DNA of 64,000 nt from Eledone cirrhosa (taxonomy: Eukaryota): assembly GCA_964016885.1 (NCBI GenBank), contig OZ024743.1, positions 265,794,001 through 265,858,000 on the forward strand. The letters are read 5' to 3'. The notes below the pieces were generated by a model. The model was not told the DNA's origin. It saw nothing but the letters and a program-made list of their open reading frames with translations, and did not search any database. The position numbers and the translations under genes are program-made. Positions 1 to 13,258 of the stretch are shown here, piece after piece. Numbering within the stretch: the stretch's first letter is position 1; each line of letters starts with the position of its first letter.

Positions 1-410
1 TTATTATCTTCCCTTGACCACTTTCCTCTCTTTTTCTTTGGATATCTTGGTGGTGAACATGGAGGGCCAACAGTAGGAGTATTCCGGTTATGGTAGGTCT
101 CCAGCTCCGAAGTGATGGGAAGGTTTGAACCATTAGCTGATTTTTCGACCCCAGTCTGGTTCCTCTCTGAGGGACGCGGCCCTTTTTTACCCGGGTGACG
201 GCCGATCCGGTATGAGATTTTATCATTAGACATTTACTTTATTTTATCGCGTTTTATCCTTATCCGCCAAGGGGTAATCATTTCGTGTTACCACTTCTAG
301 AACGAGTGTCAACCAAGACTAGAGGGGTCGTTCTCCCCTAGAGACACGGCTATTCCCCGCCGGCCGCCATCCCGGTATTTCTTGGTCACGGGGTTTTCTT
401 TTTTGTTGTT
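1..410 (-). mobile_element. 5' end of an R4/Dong-clade non-LTR retrotransposon (continues left of the window)
   Basis: Closely similar to 45497-45900, the 5' end of the R4/Dong element, e.g. cagtaggagtattccggttatgg and ccgccaaggggtaatcatttcgtgttaccacttctag. Confidence 0.85.
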
Positions 411-1246
411 TTTTTTAAATTGTTATTAATGTGAGCATTGCGTGGCTTAAGAATGAAATTATTAATAATAATAATTGTCTCCACTCCAGACACAAGGCCA
501 GCAATCACCCAGTGCATTACAATAATATAATATACTTTTTGCTGAAGTTGCCTGTTACTGTTGTTGGCTATGTCGGTGGTGGTGCTGGGGCTTTTTATAT
601 TGTTGGTGAGGAAGGAGGGAGCCACCAGTGCCATAGTTGTTGACGCTTGGCCGGTGGCCAGGTCACTAAGTCAATCTATTTTTTTTTTTTGCTAGCCTCT
701 CCCTTGTCTAGTGATACCGCCACCTTCCCCTTTCTTAAGTTAACATGGGAATAGTGGTGGTAGCAATGAAGGAGTGGTTTCGGCGGTGATGGTGTAGTGG
801 TAGCAATGATGGATAGAGTGGTGGTGGCGGTGGCGTTGTCGTTACTGAGTTTTTTTTTTTACATGTAGTCTCTATGCGTTTGTGTCGCGTATGTTTAATA
901 TCTGTGTTGAATAGACTAGTTTTGTTTGATCTGTAGTATCTATGCGTTTGTGCCGCGTATGTTTAATATATGCGTTGAGATATTCCCGTAAAATTGGAAT
1001 TAAACATTTTGTTAAAACTTGAGACAATAATAATAGTAATTATTATTATGATGCTGGGATTTGTGGTGGTGGTGGTGAAATTGCCGTTATCTGGCTGTTA
1101 TATTTAGTGTACACAGTGGGGTGATGGGGTAGGTGGTGTATCAAGTTTCTGGTGTTGGTGAAATTGCTGTTCTATATAGTGTAGACAGAGGAAGTTTTCT
1201 TCCATTTATAACCATTATTATTATTATTATATTATTATTATTATAT

Positions 1247-1318
1247 TAAAGTACCAGTAATGTACTGGATAATTGCTGGCCCTGTGCCAAAAGTAGAAAC
1301 AATTATTATTATTATATT
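1247..1318 (+). mobile_element. 3' fragment of tRNA-derived SINE family A inside an (ATT)n tract
   Basis: aaagtaccagtaatgtactggataattgctggccctgtgccaaaagtagaaacaattatt matches the 3' part of 8836-9025. Confidence 0.8.
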
Positions 1319-1319
1319 A

Positions 1320-4300
1320 TGGCCGCACATGTGTGAAGACAGTACACATCTGCGGGGGAAAAGGTTCGTAACTTTAAGCTGTTTTAAAGTGTCTTTTTTT
1401 TGTATTTTCTTGTCATTAACGAAACTTAAGATACACATCTTGATTTAAAGAGAGAGATGCCTCTCAATATTCGGGCTTTCAGCCCGAATATTCAGATTTA
1501 TTTAAAAAACTTCGAAAAAAATCGCTTCCCCACCTAAAGAAAATTATGGAAATGTTCGACCTTGAAACGGTAAACAACGTTCAGGTCAAAAGTTTAAAGG
1601 CAACCACTGTAGATTTCACCACGACTACGACGGCTACAGTCATGCCTGTCATCCACTCTACTGAATGTGAAGGCAACACTCAAAAGCTACCATCACAACC
1701 TTCTGCCATAGCAGCAGTATCATCTGAAAACGACATCACCACCACCTCCACCACCACCACCACCACCACCACTACAACAACAACAACAACTCAGAGCAAT
1801 AACGACAATAACACCGACAGCTTCAATATAAACAAGGATGGCGGTGGCAACAGCAAGAATGACAACAACAACAATAAGAGCATCAGAAAATCCACATTTG
1901 CTGCAGCAGCAGCAAAAACAAAGCGCTTATTGAATATTGATATTGATATTAGCGATAAAGACGAACAGTTGGCCAAAGCGTGGAGGCTAATTAAACGGAA
2001 GAAGTCCTGGGCAAACCTGACCATCCCGGACGTGGCAATAGCGGCCATGCAAAGGAGGACGGTGCTCTTTCGATGTATTTCGGTGCAGACACGAAAAGTG
2101 GAACTTGCCAGCCAAGCAGAGGTAGAGGCTGCTTTGGAGTACATCGGAAGTAACATAGAGTACAAATCAAGAGGCAAACAGTTCGGTACCATCTCGGTAC
2201 TGTTCAAAACCGAGGCCCTCGCTATTAAGCACTCGGTGACCCCCTGCAGAACGGAACGCATTATCATGCATCCGTCCTATATGGGTAAAAGGACAGTGAA
2301 GGTACGCATTCCCAGCATCCCACCAGGAATGAACATATGGTGGCTGCTGGGATGCGTAATCGAGGAGGGGACTGACACTACCCTCCTGGACATCAAAAAG
2401 ACAGAGATAGAGGACTGGTCCGGAATGGATTTGGAGATTATTCTCCAAATGAAACCGGAGGATATGAATGACATCCCGGATTTTGCCCGCCTGCAGGACG
2501 GGCCAACAATCCAACTAATGATTGACGGAAGAAGGCCACGCTGCTTCGTTTGCAAGGAAGCAACGCATCTTCAAGCCTTCTGCCCTCAGCGCAAACATGC
2601 AGGGGGTCGCAAACCTCCTTTGTTGCCAACGCCAGTGTCAGCACGGAAAGCTACACCACCGCCACCACCAAAAACAACATCAACAAAAACATGGACACCA
2701 ACATCAAAAGCAGCCGGATCACCACCAGCACTAAAACCAATCCAAGGAGAAAACGAGGAAAGCTCTCCCACTTCCCCTACCCCCCCCCCAATTATACACA
2801 TAGACAAAACAATAAACGGACACACAGACACAGAGACACTCACAGACACAGACCCTTTGTCTTCCAGCAGCGAAGATGAAGGAAAACCCAAAAGTGCAAA
2901 CAAAACAGAGAAAACTCACAAAAAAAAAAGCCCCAACAAAACACAAAAACACACACAACAAAAAATACAGACACCACTAACGCAAACACTTCCCCAATAA
3001 CATCATCACCAACAGCAACATCGACACCACCTCCACAATCCCCGAAACGCAAACAACCTAAACAAACACAAGTACAAATAAACACACAAATACCTGAAAT
3101 TGCAGACACCACACCTACAACAAACATACACATACCCGAAACAACACCACCAAAACCATCGCCACCACCTTCACCAAAACGAAAACAAATAAAACCACAC
3201 CAACAAAATGTTAAAAACTTCGTGCTTGTCAGAAGGGCCAACGATAAACTGATGGCCCTCTTAGCGCGAAGCGAGGACATTCAAACAGAGGGGGAGATTT
3301 TGAAATAAGCACATTTTGCGTGCCAGAAGATTTGCTTCTGGTCCGAATGTCACTCAATTCCTTCAAAGAAATTCGAGAGAGCTTTCCTCAAGACGTGGGA
3401 ACCGCGAATGTGAAACCCACATCAAGACGTTTAAAGGGGTTCCCAAAAGAAACCCCACCAACCATGGAGATCGAACCACCCGACCTTCACAAGACCCGGG
3501 AGGTAAGTAAACCTTCCCTCTCTCTCTCTTAGCTTACCAATATGGCCATATTAAGAGTAGGAAGTATAAATGTTCGCGGCCTGGGGTCACCCTGGAAGCA
3601 GGGGCGCCTGCTCAACGACCTCCGGTCGCTGGAGATGGATGTGATTGCCGTAAGCGAGACCAGAATTTCCGACACGCGCGCACTAGCCCCCATTTTCGAC
3701 GACTATCAGATCTTCGCATATGTTAGCAGGCCGGGAATGGAAGGTGGGGTGACAGTGCTGTTTAGGAAAGGACTGGATCTCGAGGTAAGGTCGATCTTCC
3801 GGGACCCGGACGGTAAGTTGGTGGTCTTGGATGTGAGCAGTAGTGAAGGTGGTGCCTTTAGACTGCTGGCCGTCTACGACCCTACAGGGGCCAGACGACC
3901 TGACTGCTTTAGGCGCCTGGAGACCTTTCTGGGTACGTCTCGCCCTTTACTGTTAGCGGTGGACTGGAATGGCATCTTAGACGCACTCTGGGATTGTGTG
4001 GGAGTAGCCGATAGGAGCGGGGGGTGCAAAAGCCTCAAGCACCTATTCAGCCAGTTCCAACTGTCTGACAGGTATCGACTAGATTTCCCCAATGTGCCAG
4101 TATGGACATGGACCAACCGAATGGAGTCATCTAGATCGTATATAGACAGGATCTTCATTAGGAAAATAGATAGAAATAGTGTGGGCTGTCCACTTTTTAA
4201 AACGGTCGCCTATTCAGATCACAAATTTGTGATCTGTACGATCGACCTAAATAAAACGCGTAGGTTAGGACCGGGTTACTGGAAGCTGAACATGTCATTT

Positions 4301-6345
4301 CCGGCACGTAAGGCTTACAGGAACCGAGTCAACAATTTAGTTAAGCAAAAGTTGACAGGGGGGATCATCAACAACAGATGGTGGGGGGCTCTCAAAAGAG
4401 AGATTAGAGTAACTTCGATAGAGTTCAGAAAAGAACTAGCGTTAGAGAAAAATAGAAAGGAGGGGGAGCTGGTAGATAAGTTAGACGGGGCTATTTGTAG
4501 TGGCATCGCAACTGACATGCTAGCGGCGAGACTGGCATTAGACCATTTCTTCAACGCCAAACACGAAGGTTGCATTGTCAGAGCTAAGGCGCGTGCGCTG
4601 AGAAACGAGGGAACTAAAGCTGTTCGATGGGCCCACGTGGCGGAGGCGCAGCGTGGTAATAAAACCACAATTCGGTCCTTGGCGCACCGAGACGGACACG
4701 AGATAAGCGATTCCAAGCGGATGTGTGAGGCCTTTCGCCAGCACTTTGCTCGGTTGTTCAGGGAGAGTGGCGAGTCAGAGAGAGTAGCGGATTTCAGTCC
4801 CAATCTTGACCGCTTGCCGCGCATCTCGACGGTCGACGCTGAGCGCTGAAAAAGGCCGACTACTTCAGCCGAAATTCAGGACGCCCTTGTCGGCTGCATG
4901 AGGCGCAAGTCCCCTGGTTTGGATGGCCTGCCCTACGAGCTTTACGTAAATATGCCAGACTTGTTCTCCGAACTCCTCGAAGCACTCTACTGCAACTGGC
5001 AGCAGAATGGGAGTATTCCCAGTTCTGTGAGCAGGGGAGTGGTGACGCTGATAAGGAAAGACGAGAACAAGAGGGATACATTAGACAACTTCAGGCCCAT
5101 AACTCTGCTCAACACAGAGTTTAAGATTTTGGCCAATGTGTTAGCAAAGTGATTGGCGCTTGTCGTCGAGGATTTGGTTGGGGAGGCGCAAACTTGCCCA
5201 ATCCCAGCCAGGTCCATACACGACAATCTCCACCTCATGCGATACATCATAGAGAGGGTAGGGTGTAAACCTGGCTTCGGTGGGGAACTGATCAATTTAG
5301 ATCAATCGAAAGCATTCGATAGGGTCGACCATCGGTATCTGGAGTTTGTCCTCAAAGCAGCTGGCTTCGGCCCTGTCTTTAGAAGCTGGATCGTTGCAAT
5401 GCACAGCGGCACACGCTTGGTGGTCAAGGTTAATGGCCACCTCTCGGAACCATTTCGGCTCTCCCGATCGGTCCGTCAAGGGTGCCCTCTACGTTCCCTT
5501 CTGTACGTATTGACTCTCGAGCCTTTACTGCGGAAGCTGGAGCTGTTGCAGGGCATCCCGCTCGAACCGGGACGTGGAAAGGCGGTGTCGGCTTATGCGG
5601 ACGACATCACCGTGATGGTGTCGAACACCTCAGAAATCGAGGTGGTCGGCACCTTACTGAAGGAATATTAAAGGTTGACAGGAGCCAAACTTAACAGGGA
5701 AAAGTCGGTGGGATTGCAGCTCCGAACCTGGAAAGGCAAGCCCATGCTGTCCAACAGCGTCGTGGGGCGCTGGACGGACGGACCGGTAAAGTGGCTCGGG
5801 GTTTGGTTCGGACCACACCTCCAGGTGGAAAATAATTGGGATGAGGTAACGAGCAGAGTAGCCAGTCTCACCCAAAAATGGGCTGGGAGGAAGCTATCAC
5901 TGAAAGGTCGCGCGGAGGTGGCGAATGCGTACATCGCGTCCCTCATCTACTACCGCCTAACCGTCGTGCCTTGCTCCCGTCCGCGCCTCGTCAAGTTGGA
6001 ACGGCACCTCTTCAAATTCTTGTGGAGGGGACAAGTTCCGTTGGTGAGGCGGTCCATCTGCTGCCAGCACCCTCTACGCGGAGGGCTGGGCATGCCGTGG
6101 CTAATGATGCGCAGACATGCGTTGAGGCTGCGACATCTCCAGATATTCTGCCTGAATGGTGAACAGGTGTGGTCGCCGTTTATCAGACGGCCCTTTTCGC
6201 AGCTCATTTCTTTGACTGAGCTGCAGTCCTGGGTCAAGAAGAGACCGAGACTGGGTGACTGGCACCTGGAATGTTGCCAGGCACTCACTGCCCTCTACCA
6301 AGCGGGCAATGCGATCAGTGGAACTTCCACTCTCGAGTGGTTCTG
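1320..6345 (+). mobile_element. Tx1/L1-clade LINE, 5' part apparently complete, 3'-truncated, disabled
   Basis: Gag-like ORF1 with a zinc knuckle followed by an APE-RT ORF2. No C-terminal zinc finger or 3' tail. The 5' boundary is approximate. Confidence 0.9.
1546..3510 (+). pseudogene. LINE ORF1 (gag-like, CCHC zinc knuckle), frameshifted after about 2920
   Basis: 484-aa ORF containing CFVCKEATHLQAFC (CX2CX4HX4C) with Thr/Pro-rich flanks. Pro/Thr-rich coding continues in another frame after a poly-A run and probably ends at GGT AAG TAA (3510). Confidence 0.8.
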
Positions 6346-6358
6346 TCTTTGCGCGTAA
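3542..6358 (+). pseudogene. LINE ORF2: apurinic endonuclease plus reverse transcriptase (Tx1-like), with premature stops
   Basis: APE motifs SINVRGL, VSETR, DWN, SYIDRIF, SDH, GPGYWKLN. RT motifs KSPGLDGLPYE, FRPITLLN, LDQSKAFDRVDH, SVRQGCPL, YADD, GGLG. In-frame stops at 4847, 5150 and 5669. Confidence 0.92.
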
Positions 6359-6597
6359 TTGTCTTTCACCGCTCCTATTAATGACGTATTATTCGTTTTC
6401 TTCCGCTCTTTGCCAACGAGCGTTTCCACGAACCAAAGTATCGTCTCCTGTCTTTCTCCGGTTGCAATGTTTTTTGAAATATCCAATTCTGCGTTTACAG
6501 ATTGACTTTGTTAGTTTCAGAAGATCCCGTTAAGGGTGAAAGCAGCGATTCTTTGCTTAAACTTTAATCTGTTATTTTAATAAATATATATATATAT
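6345..6597 (+). repeat. Dispersed repeat, probable PLE pseudo-LTR fragment ending in (TA)n
   Basis: gattgactttgttagtttc...cccgttaagggtgaaa...gcttaaactttaatctgttattttaataaa recurs at 9906-9990, with inverted pieces at 8416-8464, 9866-9901 and 38650-38750. Confidence 0.6.
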
Positions 6598-6651
6598 TAA
6601 GAAAACAAGAAGCAGTAGAAAATGCTTATAGAATGTTTTCGTGGGAAAATA

Positions 6652-8415
6652 GACTGAGGAAGTATTATAGCGTCACGAAGCTGGAAGGGGAGACAACCAA
6701 TACACGAGAAAAGAAAATATAATATTCACGCGGGTTAATTAGTTTTTTCAAAAACTTTATCAATCCAACGTGTTAAGAACTCAATTGAAATTAAAAAAAT
6801 AAATGCATGCGTGTATTAATTACGCACGCATATAGATATTTTCTTAGGCTAAAAACAGAAGTTGTACCCGAATAACAAACCGCATCTCATAACCGTAGTA
6901 AATACGGAAAGTTACGCTTTAAAGGGCAATCGGGAATGTAAATCTCTGGCCGAATTAAGAGTAAAATATTAAACATACGCGGGTTAATTAGTTATTTCAA
7001 GACTAATATCAATTCCACGTGTTAAGAACTCAATTAATTTTAAAAAATACAAGTATGCATGTAATTATTTACACAGGCATATATATATATATTCCTAGGC
7101 TAAAAACAGAGAAGTGACAACCAAAAAACCATCATATCGCGCAACAATAATAAATACGGAAAGTCATATTTATAAGGTACCTGGAAATAAATACCTCTGG
7201 CCAATCAAGAGTAAAATATTTAATACAATAACAGAGATAGCTTAAAGCTAAACTCTGACTGGCAACCATCTCACTCAACAAACATTAGGTTATATGTTAG
7301 TATAAACCCAATTTAATTGTTTGGGGTGCTAACTATATGTATTTTGTGGAAAGCCAGTTGTATTATTTTATGAGATATAATTAAAGTTAAAATATATCTC
7401 TCTTTCCAAACAATTGTTTCATTATAGTTTTCTACAAATTGGGAGAATGTTTCCAGTTTATGTAGAAGCCTAACATATATTCATGTAAGAATATATTTAG
7501 GTGGGCGCTTATAAATCATCAGTGGAAGCTCATTAAACTTTGATATAAGAAAAAATTCTTACCGCAGTTAAAATTCGTGTCTGCTAAGCTGGTCCCTCAA
7601 GCATCGAATGACCGCCAAATTTGAAATTCCAGCAGTTTTTGACTGAGGAAGTATTATAGCGTCACGAAGCGGGAAGGGGAGACAACCAATACACGAGAAA
7701 AGAAAAAATAATATTCACGCGAGTTAATTATTTTTTTCAAAAACTTTATCAATCCAACCTGTTAAGAACTCAATTGAAATTAAAAAAATAAATGCATGCG
7801 TGTATTAATTAGACACGCATATAGATATTTTCTTAGGCTAAAAACAGAAGTTGTACCCGAATAACAAACCGCATCTCATAACCGTAGTAAATACGGAAAG
7901 TTACGCTTTAAAGGGCAATCGGGAATGTAAATCTCTGGCCGAATTAAGAGTAAAATATTAAACATGCGCGGGTTAATTAGTTATTTCAAAACTAATATCA
8001 ATTCCACGTGTTAAGAACTCAATTAATTTTAAAAAATACAAGTATGCATGTAATTATTTACACAGGCATATATATATATATTGCTAGGCTAAAAACAGAG
8101 AAGTGACAACCAAAAAACCATCATATCGCACAATAATAATAAATACGGAAAGTCATATTTATAAGGTACCTGGAAATAAATACCTCTGGCCAATCAAGAG
8201 TAAAATATTTAATACAATAACAGAGATAGCTTAAATCTAAACTCTGACTGGCAACCATCTCACTCAACAAACATTAGGTTGTATGTTAGTAAAAACCCAA
8301 TTTAATTGTTTGGGGTGTTAACTATATGTATTTTGTGGAAAGCCAGTTGTATTATTTTATGAGATATAATTAAAGTTAAAATATATCTCTCTTTCCAAAC
8401 AATTGTTTCATTATA
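6652..8415. repeat. Near-identical direct duplication (6652-7426 and 7641-8415, about 775 bp, period 989), each with ~250-bp internal subrepeats
   Basis: Both copies begin gactgaggaagtattatagcgtcacgaagc and end ccaaacaattgtttcattata. Internal motifs ggctaaaaacaga and gtgttaagaactcaatt occur twice per copy. Confidence 0.95.
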
Positions 8416-8469
8416 CATATATATTTATGAAAATAACAGATTAAAGTTTAAGCAAAGAATCGCTATTAT

Positions 8470-8522
<53 letters not shown>

Positions 8523-8623
8523 CATATATATATACATAAATATATATACATATATATATATACATATATATACATATATATATATACACATATATATACA
8601 TATATATACATATATATATATAC

Positions 8624-8689
<66 letters not shown>

Positions 8690-8774
8690 TAAGCCTTTCC
8701 GTGGAAAAGGTAAAGGGAAGAAGAGTGCTATATGTATAGTACATAGCTATTTAATTCTGTAATAAACAACAATA

Positions 8775-9170
8775 TACAGGGTGCGGACGGTATTTGAGCA
8801 CACATGTATTTTTAGTCATTATTTTATTTCACTAAAAGGCGGTGAATTGGCAGTATCGGTAGAGGGTTGGACGCCATGCTTTCTAGCATAGTTACGTCCC
8901 TTTACATTCTGAGTTCAAATCCCGCCGAGGTTAACTTTGCCTTTCATCCTTACGGGGTCGATAAAATAAAGTACCAGTAATGTACTGGGTAATTGCTGGC
9001 CTTGTGCCTAAAGTAGAAACAATTATTTTATTTCACTAATTTTTATTGAACATCCATTTCAGAAAATAACAATGAAAATAATTATGCTTACTTATGAAAT
9101 GAAAAGTCATGGGGATTAAAAAAATTCTCGCTTTCTGAAAGTTGCACGATCTGTTGTCCACAAGATTGGT
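8775..9170 (+). mobile_element. Tc1/mariner-like 5' fragment, interrupted by a SINE
   Basis: Starts TA-CAGGGTG, a typical Tc1/mariner TIR start. Residual HTH-like peptide FLKVARSVVHKI near 9130-9168. Confidence 0.45.
8836..9025 (+). mobile_element. tRNA-derived SINE family A (MetaSINE-like core), full length with TSD
   Basis: A box tggcagtatcggt, B box gagttcaaatccc, core gcctttcatccttacggggtcgataaaataaagtacc. 18-bp TSD attattttatttcactaa at 8818 and 9022. Confidence 0.9.
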
Positions 9171-9744
9171 TGGTTTTCGCTTCTGTATCTATTATATCTC
9201 CACAGTTAATTCATTTGGTCCTCAATGTTTATCACATTGACTCACCAAAGCTGAAAAATACAGATATAATATAGGTATAAACGTATATAGTCTAACAAAG
9301 TTCCTTCGTTGCACATCTGCAACATCAACAGTGGTACTATTATGTTCATCCTGTTGTATTGTATATCTAAGCCATTTTATATATATATATATAATTAGAA
9401 ATTGAAGCTTTCGCAGTATTTTTGACTAAAAAGAAGTTAGCCTGATAGTGGGGTTAGAACTCTTAAATAAATGGAAAAAAGATGATTCTTGATGTACTTG
9501 AGAGTCGGACCCACATATTTGGTTAATCTGACCACTGTGCTACCATTACACCAACACATCCCCCATCCTCCTCCATTTAAATTTGAAGCTACATTCGTAG
9601 CAAGGGTAATGATAGGTAAGTATGTCTTGAAATAGCGCACGATATTGAAATTAAAAATAGAAGCTTTCGCCTTATTTTTGACAAAAATTGGGCGAAAGTT
9701 TTTATTTTTAATTTCAATACCGCTCGCTCTTTCAAAACATACAC

Positions 9745-9782
<38 letters not shown>

Positions 9783-9805
9783 GTATACATACACACACAC
9801 TCACA

Positions 9806-9873
<68 letters not shown>

Positions 9874-10078
9874 TAACAGATTAATGTTTAAGCAAAGAAT
9901 CTGAGATTGACTTTGTTAGTTTCACAATATCCCGTTAAGGGTGAAATCAGCGATTATATGCTTAAACCTTAATCTGTTATTTTAATAAATATTTGCTCTA
10001 CGGTTCTTATATATTTGATATATAGTTATCCTCATCGAGCCCTCTTTGGATTTTAGTCTTCAAATTTATCGTTATTAC

Positions 10079-10196
<118 letters not shown>

Positions 10197-10981
10197 TGAA
10201 TGCGTGTTGCGTTTGTGTGCATGTGTTCACAACGAGTCCGGAAATGCCTCCGTATGGCAAAATCACCTCACGAAGCAGTAGACTAGTAGAAGTAACAGCA
10301 ACATACAGAAAAGTCAGTTCCTCATTCATTCGTGCAATAAATTGGAACCTAGAAATATGAGGTTACAAGACGAAATGTTTGAGCATACAATAATCTCTGC
10401 ACTTTTATTTTGCAAATTTTATCACATTTTCGTTGCCTGTCCCTTTCTTTTATTACTGTTCTTTCGGTTCACGAAACTTGAAGGGGCATGTAGAATATCA
10501 CTTGGACAGGCCTATTTTTCAAACATGTTTAATAACTATTTCATTTGCTGTAGTGTTAACTTCACTCATTATCTCTTATGTTGTGTAAACTTTTGCAAAG
10601 TAATCTCTAAACACAAATACCAAGCGACAGTGATTACGTTGTAATTACTTTCAATTATGTATAAGTTCGCACCAATCCTCTCATATCAAATGAAGACGTG
10701 TGAGCGATAGTTGAAGTATTTACATGTTCTAAAATGAAAGTTACAATCTTGTAACTTTCAACTAAAACAACCCGTCGTCAGGTTTGCTCTTTTAAATTAT
10801 ATGATACACTTCAAATTGTCTCAATAATCTGGAATTGAAAGTTAATTATATATCCGGCTAAAGCGAGCAATAACCTCCTTGATACTTGTGTGTCAATTAC
10901 TTCCTAATAGAAATGCACGTACACACACGCATCTATACATTCATCCATACACACACACACATACACATACAACCCCCCCCC

Positions 10982-11076
<95 letters not shown>

Positions 11077-12860
11077 CTATATATATATGTATAAATCGTG
11101 TTCTAACCAGCAGATGTATACAAACTTAAATCTCTATATACACACAATACAAATACCCGACGCCGCATAAATATGTATTTATATTTACAGATTTTCAGTA
11201 TAAATTTGCCACGTAATGCTATTTCCATATACATTGAAAAACTGATACAGAATTTACATGTCTATATACGAAAAATATGAAAACTTATATAGAAATTCAC
11301 GCAGCCTCGGTTACCTCTATTCGGTATATATATTGATTCTTTCTTTTAATGGCACATCATGCCTGATTAGCGTCAATTATAGGATTAACAGTGATGTATA
11401 TGTGGGTATGCCTTTGTAGATAGATGTATGCATATTATCATTCATAAACATATGTCTTATAGCGAAAACCTATAAGAAATGCTTTCCCAAAGACCACAGC
11501 ATGGCGATAATATTAGCTAGCTTCTCCCCACATATATAATATTATGATATACTTCGGTTGCTTAGCGCATGACTCAATATATATCTTAACTACTAGTATC
11601 AAATCAATATGTTCATGTCATGGTACGACTGCAATTGATAGTGTATATAGATTTATTCACTACATATGCACTTCATGACGTTTAGATGATATACATACCT
11701 AGGCCGACTAGGTTTAAACACCTCGTACAGATGTATATAAAGATGTATATAAATGTATATTCAGTTTGCAAGTAAACATATATATTTGGCATGTGTACAT
11801 GTAAATACACAAAATATGTATGAATTTAGATATACATTTATTTTACATATAGATGTATATATATATAGATATATATATATATATACATACACACACACAC
11901 ATATATATATATGTTAATTCCTGTCACCTGGAGTTATTGAGACGTCAGCAACAATAGCAACATCACGGATGCCAGAGATACCAGGTATGATGGGCATCCT
12001 TCTGAAAAGGATGTGTCTAGCAAATCTTTTGTTTGGTGCATCCAGTGTTATTGGTTGGCTGAATATTCATGTGATGCATGTGAGGAATTTTAGTAGGTAT
12101 GTTCCGCATCACCTTCTAGATTGACCCAGCAAACACACACTGAAATTCTTTTAGGTTACAGGTTCCTATAAAAGTATTTAAGAGGGATTTTGCTGCCGTC
12201 TCCTGTAGGTCTACAACCTGATGTTTCGTCTCTGGAATATTCATTGCAGCGTATATAAAGCTATTTTGTTATTAGGATATATGAAATAAAGTTAATACAA
12301 TGGGCCTCCTTGTTATAAAATTTCATTATTGAATTATATTTTAGCAGGAAATTAATATTCTTCTAGTCTTACAACAACAACAAAAAACTCTCCGGGGAAA
12401 TATCTGGAACCAGAATATCCAAGCACCTAGGTACCTTATAGAAAATTCGTTCTCATCATAAAGAATATGGAATCTCTTTGTCAAGACTGAAATATGAAAA
12501 TATGAAAATTAGAAAAACAAACAATACACATTGATGAAGAGGAGAAATATAATGATTACATTCGTATTTAATATTTTAATTCTATAATTTCCGTTTTGAA
12601 TACTTTTTCGGTTCAGCATTTTCTTTACTCTCTTCATTCTTTAAATTTAATCTGATATGTTTTTTTTATCTTTCCTGTGAACTTATATGTTTGATTTGTA
12701 TTTTTACAATTCAAATTACAGTATTTTCTCTTAATTGAAATTTGATTCAAGTTAAAAATTCAATCTCAGAATTATATAATTATTGTCCTAGTTTATGGAA
12801 AATTCATTTGAAAATGTTATAATCCGTATTGACAGCAAACAGACTGAATTACTTTGTGAT

Positions 12861-12957
<97 letters not shown>

Positions 12958-13039
12958 AAAAGATAATTTCTAATAACATAAATAACAAAATAAACGGCAC
13001 AGTACATGGAAGGATATATATATATATATATATATATAA

Positions 13040-13258
13040 GGAACGATCGACTTTCGTCAAATCGGATCGAGGAAACAATGTTTCCGTTAGTCTTTCCAAT
13101 TGTTAATACTATCTATCGGTCGCAACTCCAGGTAGAAGGAACAACGTGAAATAAAGTGTCTTGCCCAAGGACATAACGCATCGCCTGGTCCAGGAATCGA
13201 ACTCACAACCTCACGATTACGAATCCCATTCTCTAACCACTCAGCCACATGCCTTCAC
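13040..13258 (-). mobile_element. tRNA-derived SINE family B
   Basis: Reverse strand reads tggctgagtggttagag (A box), gagttcgattcct (B box), gtccttgggcaagacactt. Homologous to 15656-15840. Confidence 0.85.

Noticed and set aside
410-1240. GT-rich region with short ORFs and a ~50-bp tandem duplication (about 865-978)
   Set aside because: Low complexity, possibly decayed LINE sequence on the minus strand, with no diagnostic motif.
4847-5671. Possible programmed readthrough in Tx1 ORF2
   Set aside because: Mixed TGA and TAA stops plus 3' truncation fit ordinary decay.
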